DNA of 64,000 nt from an uncultured virus (IMG/VR IMGVR_UViG_3300026472_000008) (IMGVR_UViG_3300026472_000008); one strand, 5' to 3'; positions 33,575-44,533 are shown, numbered from the stretch's first letter. Numbers and translations are program-made. Notes: generated from the letters alone by a model not told the origin.

Positions 33575-34712
33575 ATTTCTTTATATTAGTAATTACGTCA
33601 ATAATAGGATTAATAATCCGTTTAATTCCTTGTTTTTCTCGCCATTCGGCAAAGTCTTTATTGTTATACTCTTTAGGTATTAAAAAGGGAGTAATAACAA
33701 AATTCATTAATAGCCATTTGGCCATACGCTTACCAACTCTATCATTGTCCATTAAAGAACATATAATTCCGTCAGCATTAAGTTTACTTTTTAACCAATC
33801 ATATTCATTTTGACGAAGATAATAAGTTTCATGAGGGATATTGATAAAGCCAATTCTGATATTTTCCACTTGCCTGTAGAGGGATTGAATATACCTAATA
33901 GTAGCTTTAGCTGATACTCTATCTTTACTAGATTTAGTAACAAGTATAATATCATAATCATTTCTATCCAATGTATAAATACCTTCAAGATGATCACAAT
34001 TAGTTATAAATCTAGGAAGAGCTTTATCACCTTTAGGTCTATGAGGAAAATATACTTTTAAATTAGCAATATGATTTTTATCTTTTCCAAGAAGATAACC
34101 ATAGCATAAATCTCTAGTATCATAATAATATCTAGGTTCAGGATTAATATGTCTATTAATATAATATTGATCTAAAGGATAGATAAATTCAAGATTAAGA
34201 TCATGTAATGAAACACCAAATTTTGACCAATAAGCAGTATCAGTATTAGTCCAATCTCTAATAACAAATTCTATAATATTCTTAGTACTTTTTATATTCT
34301 GTATTGCAGTATTAATATCAGTAATTAAATTAATATCTTTTTCTTCTCCATAGAATATATCTTTAAACATTAAAGTAATGTGTCTAAGAACTTTAACAAA
34401 ATCATCTTTATCAGATATATTAAATTGTCTTTTATAAATATTAGACATGACAAAAGCAACAACATCAAAACAGTCACCCCAAAAATAACCAGCAAAGTCT
34501 TTAAACTTAAGTCTATTTTTGTTATCATATCTAAACCCACACGTAGGGTTAATATCATATCTTAAAGGAGAAAGAATAAATTCTCCTGTATCAATACAAT
34601 ATTGAACAGTAGCATCGGATAAATTTAGATATGTACTAAAAATAGTAATTTGACTTACTTTAGAAAGAACATATTGTTTATTAAGTGTACCTGTGTTTAT
34701 ACTCCTACCCAT
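33501..34712 (-). CDS. DNA primase (crAss-like DnaG/TOPRIM type)
   Basis: SPLRYD.NPTCGF, FKDFAGYFWGDCFD, ILVTKSSKD, SLMDND..G, KDFAE. Confidence 0.8.
   Translation of the reverse strand: MGRSINTGTLNKQYVLSKVSQITIFSTYLNLSDATVQYCIDTGEFILSPLRYDINPTCGFRYDNKNRLKFKDFAGYFWGDCFDVVAFVMSNIYKRQFNISDKDDFVKVLRHITLMFKDIFYGEEKDINLITDINTAIQNIKSTKNIIEFVIRDWTNTDTAYWSKFGVSLHDLNLEFIYPLDQYYINRHINPEPRYYYDTRDLCYGYLLGKDKNHIANLKVYFPHRPKGDKALPRFITNCDHLEGIYTLDRNDYDIILVTKSSKDRVSAKATIRYIQSLYRQVENIRIGFINIPHETYYLRQNEYDWLKSKLNADGIICSLMDNDRVGKRMAKWLLMNFVITPFLIPKEYNNKDFAEWREKQGIKRIINPIIDVITNIKKYEKEIVRKHYKLTGDSEEGDTVPF
33869..33892 (-). repeat. Dispersed motif copy 10
   Basis: rc ATATTCAATCCCTCTACAGGCAAG. Confidence 0.95.
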
Positions 34713-34746
34713 TATCAGTAATTACAGAATTAGAAAAAAGAGAAAA

Positions 34747-34780
34747 AAAAAGAGTTGATACAGATGTACCAACTCTTTTT
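34747..34780 (-). terminator. Rho-independent terminator after the SSB gene
   Basis: AAAAGAGTTGATAC-AGAT-GTACCAACTCTTTT with an adjacent long A-run (U-run on the minus strand). Confidence 0.75.
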
Positions 34781-34801
34781 ATTATATTATATTTATTATC
34801 C

Positions 34802-35800
34802 CTAGAATGGCATATCATCATTAGTATCCGCAGTAATATTTGCGAAACCATCTGAAGCACCACCCATAGAACTCATTGTATCAATGCCAACTCCGGCCAT
34901 ATTAGGCATACCATTGCCCATGTTTGGAGCTTTAGCTTTGTTAGATTCAATGTCTTTAGGAGTAATAGTCTCTTTAATAACATCAACTCTGATAGATGGA
35001 ACAACGTTTTGTTTAACGATTTCAATAACACCCTCTCCAACAAATGAAGGGAATGCAAGATCACCGTTAGTAACATTAATCCAACCTTTCTTGTTGTGCT
35101 TAACATGACGAAGTAGTTTAATCCATAAAGGAATAATTTTATTATCCTTAGTTTTAAACACAGGTTTTCCTTCAGCATTGTTATTAAGCATATTAGAAAC
35201 ATTTTCAAATAAAAGTTTCCAACCTGCAATAACATCAGCAACATCAACTGCAGAATATTCACCTTGTTCATCAAAATCAACAAAGTTAAGAGATAATGCA
35301 TCCTCTTCTTCTTCAGTTAATGCTCTACCTTTAAAGTAGAATACATTAAGAATACTACGAATATAATCAAAAATTTGATTAACTTTCCACTCTTCTTTAC
35401 CTCCTGGAATAGTCAATACATTTGACTCAACAGCGTTAAAGCTAAGAGTAACATAACGACGTTTAGTAACATCATCTTCGTTAGTAGGAAAAGTAAAAGT
35501 AATACGAGGAATTTCTTCACCGTTAAAAGATGGCATTCCAGTAGTATCAGCACCAATTAGAATGTTGGTTAACTCAACACTCTCTAAGTGACCAATAAAT
35601 AATCCATTTTTAGGATGGGCAATATCATGAGTATACTTTAACCTTTGGGTACCTCTTGCAGAGGCGACACCTCTACGAACTTTTTTAGGTTCAGCGGTTG
35701 TATTAGTAGACTCTTGAGGAGCTGCAGTTGTATCAGTTGTTTCCTCTTGTTGTTTAGCTTCTGTTTGCGCTACAGCAGCTTTAGCAGTTTCATTTGCCAT
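34802..35800 (-). CDS. Putative single-stranded DNA-binding protein
   Basis: Flexible G/M-rich tail ending DTNDDMPF; adjacent to primase. Confidence 0.6.
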   Translation of the reverse strand: MANETAKAAVAQTEAKQQEETTDTTAAPQESTNTTAEPKKVRRGVASARGTQRLKYTHDIAHPKNGLFIGHLESVELTNILIGADTTGMPSFNGEEIPRITFTFPTNEDDVTKRRYVTLSFNAVESNVLTIPGGKEEWKVNQIFDYIRSILNVFYFKGRALTEEEEDALSLNFVDFDEQGEYSAVDVADVIAGWKLLFENVSNMLNNNAEGKPVFKTKDNKIIPLWIKLLRHVKHNKKGWINVTNGDLAFPSFVGEGVIEIVKQNVVPSIRVDVIKETITPKDIESNKAKAPNMGNGMPNMAGVGIDTMSSMGGASDGFANITADTNDDMPF

Positions 35801-35840
35801 GAATATATAATAATTAAATTAAACGTTTAATATACAAAAA

Positions 35841-35882
35841 TAACCGATAAGCTATACTATCATTAGCAAGCTTATCGGTTTA
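35841..35882 (-). terminator. Intergenic hairpin
   Basis: AACCGATAAGCT...AGCTTATCGGTT. Confidence 0.65.
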
Positions 35883-35952
35883 AGTTGGTTCTTAGGGTAG
35901 AACCGTTCTAATTCCTATAGAAAGAAATTAGTAAATCTAATGGACGAGATTA

Positions 35953-36792
35953 TTAAGCGTCAACTTCATCAGAAGCTTCTTTAGAACCAATACGAGCTGG
36001 TTCTTTATCAACAGAAGCTCCTAAGATTAAACCTTTAATTGGAACTAATTCGTAACCATTGCTGATCTCGATGCTTTGAACATCTTCAATATCAAGATCG
36101 AAAACACGATTAAGCTTAGTAGCGTCATCTTTTAAATCAACCTTTAATTGTTTCCAAACATTAGAATCAGTAAAGGTTAATGGAACACCAGCACCAGTTA
36201 AACCGCCTGGGTTAGCAAGTTTAGAACCTTTAACTTTCGCAACTTCTTTAGGAGTAACGAATTGAGAAAGAATAGCAACTTGCTCTTCTTTAGTGATACC
36301 ATCACGTTTTAAAGCATCTTTAGTTTCAGCAGAAACTTGTTCATCAGATGCAGCAAGAACTTGCTCTAAGAAAGACTCAAAGTCTTGAGCAATATATTTA
36401 GCACGATCATCTTTAGTTAAACGCTCAGTAACTAATTTAGCAAAACCTTTAGTATCAAGTTCAGGGATACCTTTAGCAATCATCCACTGATCGAACTCTT
36501 TGTGAAGAGCAACAAGAGCTTCTGGAGAACCCCACTCTAAACCAGCAGTTTCAACCCAAGCAACAAGTTCTTCTTGTTTAGCGGCAATAGCTTGATCGAT
36601 ACCATCAATGTTAGAAATAAACATAATGTTATCACCATGCTGTAAACCTAATACTTTAGAAACAGCAGCGGTTAAGCGAAAATTACCTTCAGTAGATACA
36701 GCAATAACTTGTGGTTCACTACTAGCGTTACGTTGTCCTGCGTTTACAGCGCTAAATCCAAATGCTAATCCTACTTTTGCAACAGTTTTCAT
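35953..36792 (-). CDS. Hypothetical protein of the replication module
   Basis: 279-aa ORF flanked by hairpins. Confidence 0.65.
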   Translation of the reverse strand: MKTVAKVGLAFGFSAVNAGQRNASSEPQVIAVSTEGNFRLTAAVSKVLGLQHGDNIMFISNIDGIDQAIAAKQEELVAWVETAGLEWGSPEALVALHKEFDQWMIAKGIPELDTKGFAKLVTERLTKDDRAKYIAQDFESFLEQVLAASDEQVSAETKDALKRDGITKEEQVAILSQFVTPKEVAKVKGSKLANPGGLTGAGVPLTFTDSNVWKQLKVDLKDDATKLNRVFDLDIEDVQSIEISNGYELVPIKGLILGASVDKEPARIGSKEASDEVDA

Positions 36793-36852
36793 ACTTTAAT
36801 TGTTTTAATTTTTAAAATGATAAATAATTTACTTTTTAACATGAAGAACGGG

Positions 36853-37827
36853 TTAATCAATACTATAAGTAGCTTCTTCAATACTACCTATATCTTTTTG
36901 AGATAATTCTTTACCTTCAACAATCTTCAATTCAGTAGTTTCCATAACACCAAATAGAATATCAGAAGCGACCTCTCTAGCAGCATATGTAAATGCTCTG
37001 TGACCAATAAGAGTACGATCATATTTAACGTAAGTATCTTTTTCGAAAAGACCTGCTTTTTGAGCCTCAGTATAACTGAAACGACCTTTAGCAGTTACTT
37101 CTTTTCCTTTTACTGTACGAGTTATTTCATACTCTGTAACATAATCAACAGGATTATTAGGAATACGAATTACAGCAACTTTCTTATCAGCTGTAATCTT
37201 AGCAACTTGTGCTGGATTAATAGCAATACCAAATTGTGTAGTATTTAATTGGTAATCTCTATATATATTACCATCACTACCTTTATACCACTTAACAGGA
37301 TAAATATAAATAATATCTAAACCATTAGTGTCAGAAGCTTTTTTATCAGCTTCAGCTTTGTCTTTACAACGTTCTACGTAATCAGGAAATTTTCCATCTA
37401 CATACACATTAATGCCGTCTGTATATTCATACAGAGGTTGATAATCTTTAATACAACTCCAAGTACAACCTGCCCTCGACAATAGTGCTTTAACAATATG
37501 AATATCAATACCAGTCTTTCCATTAATAACATGGATATGTTCAATACAAGTACTAAAAGGTAAACCTAGATCATTAGCACGCATTAGCACGCCAAGACCA
37601 TCTGCAACACTGGTTATACCACCAGTTTTACTTTTAATAACTTTACCTAGAAAAGCTTCAGCAGCAGCAAGTTGTTTTTCATCAAATAAATTCAATGTAG
37701 ACATACTGGCTCGAGCTTCGTATTTACTAATACTTTTAGACTGACTTTGAGATTCATCTTTCTTTACAACTGTAGTAGGAGTTTCAACTACAGTTTCAGA
37801 AGCATTACCTCCTTTATTCTCGTCCAT
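36853..37827 (-). CDS. RecT/Bet-like single-strand annealing protein
   Basis: HIHVINGK...FSYTEAQKAGL...RTLIGHRAFTYAARE...LFG.METTEL. Confidence 0.6.
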   Translation of the reverse strand: MDENKGGNASETVVETPTTVVKKDESQSQSKSISKYEARASMSTLNLFDEKQLAAAEAFLGKVIKSKTGGITSVADGLGVLMRANDLGLPFSTCIEHIHVINGKTGIDIHIVKALLSRAGCTWSCIKDYQPLYEYTDGINVYVDGKFPDYVERCKDKAEADKKASDTNGLDIIYIYPVKWYKGSDGNIYRDYQLNTTQFGIAINPAQVAKITADKKVAVIRIPNNPVDYVTEYEITRTVKGKEVTAKGRFSYTEAQKAGLFEKDTYVKYDRTLIGHRAFTYAAREVASDILFGVMETTELKIVEGKELSQKDIGSIEEATYSID

Positions 37828-37881
37828 ATTTCAAAGAGCTATTTTGTAATAACTATACAATTATAAGTATTTACTGTTATA

Positions 37882-39258
37882 CTACCAAATATTATCGTCA
37901 TTTGTTTCAGTATATCCAATAAAATCTTCACTATCGTCTATAACCTTAATTAAAGCCGATTCTTTTTGTTCAGCAAGCACTTTGGCCTCTAAAGTACCAC
38001 GACAATAAACCTTATAGTTAATAGTAGGTTCGCTAGTAAAACTAACACCACTAAATCTAGTTTTAAAGTCAATTATCCCATCGACCGTAGGAGTGCTAAA
38101 TATTATCAAATCTACAGCCGTTTTAAGCTTGCTATCCGAACTATTTTTTATTGATAGTATATTTATATTACCATCGTTAAAACGCTTCGCATTCGCTGTA
38201 GAAATGGCCACTGCCCCGATCACTTTAGGTTGACCTTTATTTGCACCACTTTTAACAAGTATAGTTTGACCATATTCGTCAGTAGCGATTGTACTCTCAA
38301 TAGTATTATGAAAATCTCCACATTTAAGTAAAGAGTTTTTATTAATATATTCAGTAATAGCTGAGGCGAATTCCCCACGTTTAGAAACAATTATTATTTT
38401 CTTGTCTTTATGTTCTATACATAGATCAAGAATAACTTGTAGTTTAGCAGCATTATCTGTAGCAAGTTCTCTACGTTCTCTAAGAATATTGTAAAAAGTA
38501 GTAGCTCGTTCAAGTAAGACATTAGGATTATAAATATCATCTATCTGTCTATTAAAAGTACTAGTACAATCTAATTCAGGATGCCAACCATTTTGCCTGG
38601 CTATCTGATCTCTAAAGTCAATAGCACTAGTATTAGTTCTAGGATCACCCATTTTACATTTCTCAATATTATAAAATTCACCGAATATACTAATAGAAGT
38701 AGCAATATATTCAGCACATTTATCGTATAGAGCTTTATCTTCATCATTCATATCAACGCCAATCCTGTATTCCTCTACAGGCAAGTAAATTTTATCGGCA
38801 CGAACAGAAGCGGGTGAAACAGTAACTTCAATAGCAGGCAAAAACTCACGAACACCAGTAATAAATTCATTATTCATAATGTTCTCAGTAAGAATAGCTA
38901 ATACATACTTACCTTGAGTACCTACAAATTGTAAAAAGTCAAGACTATTATTAATACCAACAGTAATGATTAATTTATAATCATATTTATACTCTTTCTT
39001 AATATAGTCAGCACTTAAAATAGTAACATTATCATTAAGAGAATTAAACTTTAATTTCTCAATAATAGCTACTCTAGTATCATAACAGTCAACAATAACA
39101 AATACTTTCTCTTCTGGAGAACGTACTCTATAAGCAGTTATCATACCAAGAATAACAGCTGCGGGTTCAATAGGTTCAAAACAATATACACTTGCTCTAC
39201 CTCTATTTTGTTGAAAGCCGCTTACAACTTCTTTAACATATTTATCTTGATTATTCAT
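37882..39258 (-). CDS. SF2 helicase-like protein with degenerate ATPase motifs
   Basis: C-terminal AKLQVILDLC..HKDKKIIIVS, FHN, RFNDG.INIL, DLIIF resemble helicase_C. No recognisable GxGKT or DExD/H. Confidence 0.5.
   Translation of the reverse strand: MNNQDKYVKEVVSGFQQNRGRASVYCFEPIEPAAVILGMITAYRVRSPEEKVFVIVDCYDTRVAIIEKLKFNSLNDNVTILSADYIKKEYKYDYKLIITVGINNSLDFLQFVGTQGKYVLAILTENIMNNEFITGVREFLPAIEVTVSPASVRADKIYLPVEEYRIGVDMNDEDKALYDKCAEYIATSISIFGEFYNIEKCKMGDPRTNTSAIDFRDQIARQNGWHPELDCTSTFNRQIDDIYNPNVLLERATTFYNILRERRELATDNAAKLQVILDLCIEHKDKKIIIVSKRGEFASAITEYINKNSLLKCGDFHNTIESTIATDEYGQTILVKSGANKGQPKVIGAVAISTANAKRFNDGNINILSIKNSSDSKLKTAVDLIIFSTPTVDGIIDFKTRFSGVSFTSEPTINYKVYCRGTLEAKVLAEQKESALIKVIDDSEDFIGYTETNDDNIW
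38770..38785 (+). repeat. Dispersed motif copy 11
   Basis: TTCCTCTACAGGCAAG. Confidence 0.95.
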
Positions 39259-39264
39259 TTTAGA

Positions 39265-41616
39265 TTATTTATCTTCTTGTAAATCATCAAATAAGGTAGA
39301 GTGTTGACCTCCATATCTTTTCAATAGATGTTTGCCACTTTTTGTACCTTTGTCTTTATCACCTTTTTGGTTAGGCGAAATACCAAGTTTAATAGGATCA
39401 ATAATCTTCATAGCCTCCTCATGATAATATTTATAATTAATATTACGATGAGTAATAGACTTATCATCAAGAGTATTAAGAACTATTACTTTCTTTCCTG
39501 CAGCGAGATTACTTCTTTTCTTTTCAGTATTATTAACTTTAAATATTGAACCACCTCTATTAGAAACATAAAATCTTACATTTCGTTGAAGTTCTTCATT
39601 AGTAATACCATTACTAAATTCAACATGATATTGTCTACCTACATTCTGAGTTTTACAGAAATCAAGTATATTATTACATTCATAAAGAGTTTCAAGAACA
39701 GGTTTACCATCTGCAAAGTAATTAACTACAGCTTGTGCTACAACAGGCATATCATAACCTTTTGATAGATCAACAGCATACATTAATGGATGCAAAGCGC
39801 CTTTATTAATTGTCTTACCATTAAATTCTTTAACAAAATAGTTATTAATATCTCTATTAATATAACATTCATACTCTTCGCTATCAGCTTGCAGATTAGT
39901 AGCAGTTTTCCAATCATCTACAATCTTTTCAAACTTCTCTTTGTCTCTCTTATATAACTTTACAACTATACCATCCGTATTCGCACTAACAACCTCTATT
40001 CCTCCCAACTCCAAATCCTCACATACCATCATAATCATTAACTGACCATTAATAGTAACTTTAAGAACTGCCATTTTATCCTTTAAATCACCATATTCAT
40101 AACCCAACTTACCATAAATAGAATTAATAACAATCTTAAGAGCTTCTGCAAGTAAATCTTTAGGAATACCATCAATAATTGGTTCCTTAGAGTGTTTAGC
40201 CGCAATCCTAGTATTCATAATCCACTCAACAAGTTTAACAAAAACACCTTCATTAAGATGTTTAGGTGCAACTCTACGAGTAACCATTATACGAGGATAA
40301 AAACTAGAAATATCAAAGTGAACATAAACAAAACTATCATCGGTTAAGTTAGACCACTCCGCATCCTCTGGCTTAACCTTGCCTGTAGAGGGATTAATCG
40401 ATATACATTTACTTCTCAACTCTCTAGGAGTATCTTGACTATGTAAACCTCCAGTAGCAATAGTATATACTAACTTACCAAGTTTAACCTCTCTTAAAAA
40501 TGAATCTTTGTTAACAGAATGAACTATAACTTTCTTCATATCTTCAAGTAGATCTTGAAGTTCAGGAGTTTTAAACTTAATATCATCAATAATAACTCGT
40601 CTAAAAGCCATAGCAGTACGTTCAGTCTTTTGACCTTGCCACTGTTTAGGATGTAAACCGCTAAACTCTGAATAAAACTTAGTAAAAAGCTTATCAGCAA
40701 TATCACTTCTAGAACTACTTAGAACATTTACACCATAAGAATTGGTAACACTATATCTAAGTTTAATTTCATCAATATATAACCTAATCATTTCACACAC
40801 AATGAAAATATCATTTTCCATATAGTGCATAGTATCAGCAATGTGTTCAGGTAGAATATATCTATCCCACTTATCAATAATCTTATTAAGACCTTCAGCA
40901 TTAATACCTTTATATCTTAAATCATTCCAATATAATTTATAATCATTTTCTCCAATAGGTGGAAGATCATGTTCCAATAGTTGATACCATTGTAAATTAA
41001 TAGAAGTTTGTTTAAGACTTTTAGGAAAATATATAGTATTTCCTGTAACTTTATCTACACCCTTACCACATTTGTTAAGAGCAAAGATAGTCATTACATC
41101 AACATCTACATAAGGTAAACCAAATTTCTTAAGACTATTAAGAAAATAATCTCCTCGAGCAAGCTCAGGATTATTTTGAGTTTCAATAATAGTTTTTGAA
41201 GTATCATATAATTTGGTAATAAGTTCTTTGGTAGTATTGACTTGACCAGCATACATAAGTAAAGCTGCAACCATAAATCTATCATACCTACCACTATTAT
41301 AACCAAACATATCAGTACGAACAGCTTCATTATTTTCAAGCCTATGAGGACTCATTTGATTAAGTCTTGAAAGCATTGGAAACAACTGACTATCATCATT
41401 ATCAGTAATATAAAATTTATCTTTCTTTACAGTAGCCAATCTATCAACTATTTCTTCAACAGTTAAACACTGAATTAAAGGAACAGGTTTTTTCTTACCA
41501 TTACTATCAGTTTTGACACAATCTGCAAATACTTTAAGATAATCAGTAACACTAACAATACCTATCGAAAAGAAGTTAGGTAGTATCTCAACATCATAAG
41601 CATTAGATAATATCAT
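39265..41616 (-). CDS. polB: Family B DNA polymerase
   Basis: YDVE (ExoI), GYNS..YD, FDISSFYP, KIVINSIYGKLG, ANTDGI. Confidence 0.93.
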   Translation of the reverse strand: MILSNAYDVEILPNFFSIGIVSVTDYLKVFADCVKTDSNGKKKPVPLIQCLTVEEIVDRLATVKKDKFYITDNDDSQLFPMLSRLNQMSPHRLENNEAVRTDMFGYNSGRYDRFMVAALLMYAGQVNTTKELITKLYDTSKTIIETQNNPELARGDYFLNSLKKFGLPYVDVDVMTIFALNKCGKGVDKVTGNTIYFPKSLKQTSINLQWYQLLEHDLPPIGENDYKLYWNDLRYKGINAEGLNKIIDKWDRYILPEHIADTMHYMENDIFIVCEMIRLYIDEIKLRYSVTNSYGVNVLSSSRSDIADKLFTKFYSEFSGLHPKQWQGQKTERTAMAFRRVIIDDIKFKTPELQDLLEDMKKVIVHSVNKDSFLREVKLGKLVYTIATGGLHSQDTPRELRSKCISINPSTGKVKPEDAEWSNLTDDSFVYVHFDISSFYPRIMVTRRVAPKHLNEGVFVKLVEWIMNTRIAAKHSKEPIIDGIPKDLLAEALKIVINSIYGKLGYEYGDLKDKMAVLKVTINGQLMIMMVCEDLELGGIEVVSANTDGIVVKLYKRDKEKFEKIVDDWKTATNLQADSEEYECYINRDINNYFVKEFNGKTINKGALHPLMYAVDLSKGYDMPVVAQAVVNYFADGKPVLETLYECNNILDFCKTQNVGRQYHVEFSNGITNEELQRNVRFYVSNRGGSIFKVNNTEKKRSNLAAGKKVIVLNTLDDKSITHRNINYKYYHEEAMKIIDPIKLGISPNQKGDKDKGTKSGKHLLKRYGGQHSTLFDDLQEDK
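40377..40393 (-). repeat. Dispersed motif copy 12
   Basis: rc TCCCTCTACAGGCAAGG. Confidence 0.95.
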
Positions 41617-42187
41617 GATAATCTGGATTTAAAATACTATTAATATTATTATAAAACTTCTTTATAATATCAGGCTTTTTGTAATATAAAACAGAAGGAC
41701 TATAAGATTTAAATATGTTCTTCTTAGGAATTACATGACCAACTGTATCAGCTCTAGCTATATAATCATCATAAGCAGAACCAAAGAAAACAACAGTTCT
41801 AGCTCCTAATTTATTCAATTCATAAGCTAGAAAAGTACTACAAGGTTGAATACAAGACTGATATAAATCATGACCTGTATTCTTACTACACTTAACAAGT
41901 CTAGTAATGTAAATATCATCAAATATATTCTTACCATAAGTTTGCTCATACCAAAGAGCTAGCATACTTAATACAGTATCATAACCTATTTTAGCTTTGA
42001 TATCATAAGTAGGAAGAATAAATATAAAATCAGAATTAATATTACCAACGCCTAAAGTAACAACTTCATCATCCTTAGCATAAATACGATAAGGACAATC
42101 TTTACATGCAGCATTAGTTTTAATCATAATCTTAGTAACCATATGCTCAATATAAAGATTTTGCTGATTACTATTCTTATTAGCCAT
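41603..42187 (-). CDS. Uracil-DNA glycosylase family 4-like protein (degenerate)
   Basis: ACKDCP, GVGNINSDFIFI, YITRLVKC, C..FLAYEL, VVFFG, YSPS. Confidence 0.6.
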   Translation of the reverse strand: MANKNSNQQNLYIEHMVTKIMIKTNAACKDCPYRIYAKDDEVVTLGVGNINSDFIFILPTYDIKAKIGYDTVLSMLALWYEQTYGKNIFDDIYITRLVKCSKNTGHDLYQSCIQPCSTFLAYELNKLGARTVVFFGSAYDDYIARADTVGHVIPKKNIFKSYSPSVLYYKKPDIIKKFYNNINSILNPDYHDII

Positions 42188-43637
42188 AGTGTAATATTAA
42201 TTCTTTCTTAGTTCTAGAACAAGCTACATATAAACGACGAAGTAAATCATCTTGATCAGCATAAGGTTGTCCATTCTTATCATAAATAATATTATTTACA
42301 TTAACGAATACACTTCCATAAGTAGAACCTTGTGACTTATGAGCAGTAAGACTAAATCCATAATCGATATCTCTATCATGAATAATCTTTCCTGTTCTAT
42401 GATCCCAAATATTAGCAGCTAATAGATATTTCTTCTTAAAATCATAATATTCATTCCACTTACCAACTCTATTACTAGCATGGCTATTTTGACCATTAGC
42501 TGTTAAAGTAGTTTTAATCTTATGATACATATTAATTGTAAACTTATCAGTATGATCAATTACAAACAAAGGACGAGTAACCATACCTCCATGAACAAGT
42601 TGAAATCTTACAAGAAAACCTTTAAAACCATATTTATCATCAACAAAGTTAGTAATATCATTTACAATATATTCCTCACTATTATTAATAATAACATCCA
42701 AGAACTCATCAACTATAGTCTCATAAGACATAACCAAATCATTCTTAGTTAATATGTTTCTATCAGCATCTTTAATAATAGTATCTCTAATATACTTATT
42801 CCAACCAGTAACACAATTATTTGTATAAGCAATAATGCGATACATATCTATATTACTAGTATAAGCTTTATCAGAAAAACTATGATTAACTTGCTCAGTA
42901 AAACCGGTAGGAGTTAATACTTTATATCCTTCTCCAATATCATTATAAAATGATTTACCAACTCTTTTACTAATATAATCAAGAAACGAATAACGTCTCT
43001 TATCAATATCATCACGAAGCATCTTTAGTAAAGGATTAATAGGATTATTAATACCTTGTCTAACAATTTGAGTTAAAGTGTAAATAACATAACACCTACT
43101 AAAAGCAGTAGATTTTCTCTCTCTAGGAGGAGATAATTGATAATCATCACCCATAAAGATAACTTTAATACCAAGCTCTTTACATTTATCACAAATATAA
43201 TTAACAACTTTAAATGGTATCATAGACGATTCATCAATAATCAAAAGCTTAATACCATCAAGCTTAGTTTTACCCATAGATGCAAACTGTGGATTTTTAG
43301 GATCAAAATTCTCTAATCTAAGATTAGGTCTAAAACCAAATACACTATGAATAGTATCTACAGGATGACCCTCAATAGCTTCACTTAAAACTCTACAAGC
43401 TTTATGAGCTGGTGCAGCACATCGTATAACACTACGTGAATATCTACAATTCTTAATAATAAAATTGATAGTATATGTCTTACCAACACCACCTGCTCCA
43501 ACTAATCCAACAATATATTTACTAGGATTAAAATCTCTACCAATAAATTCAATCATCTCACCAGATGCAATTTCTTGATCTCTGGTGAGATTATAGTTAT
43601 TGTTATCTTTATTCTTTTCAACTATAGTTAATTCCAT
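42180..43637 (-). CDS. Dda/RecD-like SF1B DNA helicase
   Basis: GAGGVGKT, IIDESSMI, GDDYQL, LTQIVRQ, TAHKSQGSTY, LYVACSR. Confidence 0.92.
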   Translation of the reverse strand: MELTIVEKNKDNNNYNLTRDQEIASGEMIEFIGRDFNPSKYIVGLVGAGGVGKTYTINFIIKNCRYSRSVIRCAAPAHKACRVLSEAIEGHPVDTIHSVFGFRPNLRLENFDPKNPQFASMGKTKLDGIKLLIIDESSMIPFKVVNYICDKCKELGIKVIFMGDDYQLSPPRERKSTAFSRCYVIYTLTQIVRQGINNPINPLLKMLRDDIDKRRYSFLDYISKRVGKSFYNDIGEGYKVLTPTGFTEQVNHSFSDKAYTSNIDMYRIIAYTNNCVTGWNKYIRDTIIKDADRNILTKNDLVMSYETIVDEFLDVIINNSEEYIVNDITNFVDDKYGFKGFLVRFQLVHGGMVTRPLFVIDHTDKFTINMYHKIKTTLTANGQNSHASNRVGKWNEYYDFKKKYLLAANIWDHRTGKIIHDRDIDYGFSLTAHKSQGSTYGSVFVNVNNIIYDKNGQPYADQDDLLRRLYVACSRTKKELILHYG

Positions 43638-43639
43638 TA

Positions 43640-44179
43640 TTAAATCCCAGGTCCGTCCATTACGTCAGCATTGACAGATTGTACATCTTCAACTTCATAG
43701 TTGTCAATCATATCTCTCTGTATTGCATTAGTAATAATTTTATAATTATCTCTATAGTATTTAATAGCTTGTTTAGCAATAGGATTAGCAGTATCAACTA
43801 TTGTCTTTCTAATCTTAAAATAAACAGAGCCTGCATTAGCATGCACAACAACATTTCCTTTAACGGAACAACCAGCAGTAAATGGTAAGTACATAGAACG
43901 ATCTCTATCAGATCTATCTCTATCAGAACGAATATGTCTTACTCTAACTATATCATCAGTCAAAGCAAGTTCATATATTTCACTTACTCCTTTACAAGAA
44001 TAACTCTCTGGTGCAATATTATATATAGAGTCTCCAACGTGTACTTTATATACTCCTTCAAGAGTAATAAATACAACACCTTCAACATCTTTAAATAGAA
44101 TATTGTATTTACTACTAGGACTAGAAGATTTCTTAGAACTAGAAGCTTTCTTTACAGGTGTAAATCCAAACTGAGGCAT
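43640..44179 (-). CDS. Hypothetical protein
   Basis: Operon-packed ORF. Confidence 0.6.
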   Translation of the reverse strand: MPQFGFTPVKKASSSKKSSSPSSKYNILFKDVEGVVFITLEGVYKVHVGDSIYNIAPESYSCKGVSEIYELALTDDIVRVRHIRSDRDRSDRDRSMYLPFTAGCSVKGNVVVHANAGSVYFKIRKTIVDTANPIAKQAIKYYRDNYKIITNAIQRDMIDNYEVEDVQSVNADVMDGPGI

Positions 44180-44185
44180 AACCCA

Positions 44186-44533
44186 TTATCTAGCAGATGT
44201 AGATTTCATAGCAGCTCTTGCCATGTTACCCATAATTGTAGACTTTCCTTTTCCTTTACCAATAGCATTATTATCGGTAATTTTGTTATTACCTTGATAT
44301 TTAGTAAAAGACTTATTCTTTCTAGTACTATCAGAAGTATAATGTTTTTCTACTTTACCAATAGTATAATGGTATCCATGAACTTTACACAGATAATCAA
44401 TTTTACCCCAAGTAGAATTACCTACAGTTGATTTAGTATCATCAACAGTAATTGTTTTACCTTGAATAGTACATCCTTTGTTGTTTCCTACAATACGAAC
44501 AACACCTACTTCATCATACGGTTTCTTAGCCAT
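44186..44533 (-). CDS. Small basic hypothetical protein
   Basis: WGKIDYLCKVHGY; operon-packed. Confidence 0.6.
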   Translation of the reverse strand: MAKKPYDEVGVVRIVGNNKGCTIQGKTITVDDTKSTVGNSTWGKIDYLCKVHGYHYTIGKVEKHYTSDSTRKNKSFTKYQGNNKITDNNAIGKGKGKSTIMGNMARAAMKSTSAR

